This document shows, piece by piece, positions 63,317-64,000 of a DNA stretch of 64,000 bases. The notes under the pieces are model-generated. The model was not told where the DNA came from. It searched no databases and worked only from the letters and a program-made list of their open reading frames with translations. Every line of letters starts with the position of its first letter. Within the stretch, counting starts at the first letter, position 1. The DNA comes from Chiloscyllium plagiosum (taxonomy: Eukaryota). Position numbers and translations under genes: made by a program. Where the stretch lies: positions 8,309,451 through 8,373,450 of the forward strand of contig NC_057749.1 of assembly GCF_004010195.1 (NCBI RefSeq), in the 5' to 3' direction.

Positions 63317-64000
63317 CCATCTTAAATTGTTGCGAGTTTAGCTATTGGTGCACTCAGTGCACTTCCTGATATCCCTTTGAGTTCACTGTTACTTTCTCAA
63401 TGGGCAGTACCTCAGCCAATCAGAGCCAAGTTGTCAACCAATCAGTATCTCTTTCCTCTGTAAAATAATTTGGCATTCTTGTACTTATCCTGATGAGAAT
63501 GAGACAAAAAGCTTCAACAACGTATCTCTCTTTTCAACAATATTCAAACGGAATGCCACCTATTTAAGAAAAATGAATCGGGTGAGGAGAATTTGTTTGT
63601 TTAATAAACTACACAGTGTGACTCCTGAACATCCCATCATCACCCACTGTGTTTTATCTGTTTTAGATATATAATCAGAATGTAATCTGTCATAAACCTC
63701 TCTGAAATACAAGAACAATCAGTTCCTGTTGGGAAAATAACATTTAGTTTGAAATACAAGCACAGCTCCTGTGGCAGATTAAAGCAGTCGTTCCTCCATT
63801 ATTTTCTTTGGGCCAACAATTTTGCTCACAAGGTAGAGGAGATCATTGCATTTTATGGCTAGAATGATAAAGTAACCAACATTGCCTGTAGTTCAATTAG
63901 CCCTCTGGTCTCTGAATCACAACATTGAAATTTTTAGTCTCATCTCAGACTTCAAAACAAACAGCCATGAAAGCTGAGGGACCAGTTCATCCATATGCAA

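Overview
Eukaryotic, repeat-rich genomic DNA, most likely from a cartilaginous fish (shark). The evidence is many HE1-type V-SINEs, CR1/HER1-like LINE fragments, Deu-domain SINEs and Rex1/Babar, RTE, L2 and Penelope fragments. I could not recognise any host protein-coding exon, so the window looks intronic or intergenic. The main feature is a near full-length but decayed endogenous retrovirus on the minus strand (6160-14496). It has two LTRs, a 4-bp AAAC target-site duplication (TSD), a tRNA-Pro primer-binding site, a polypurine tract, and gag-(UAG readthrough)-pro-pol and env; its Gag and Env motifs resemble the HERV-I/HERVIP10 lineage of class I retroviruses. A 644-nt assembly gap covers the RNase H region. 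The second theme is about 20 short Penelope-derived termini carrying minimal hammerhead-ribozyme-like cores (CTGAnGA-stem-GAAA). Several have their own 10-12 bp TSDs and several are fold-back inverted pairs joined at the ribozyme. There are also three minisatellites (54, 35 and 31 bp units), solo LTRs and several nested insertions. All family calls come from motif recognition by eye, and coordinates of old repeats are approximate.
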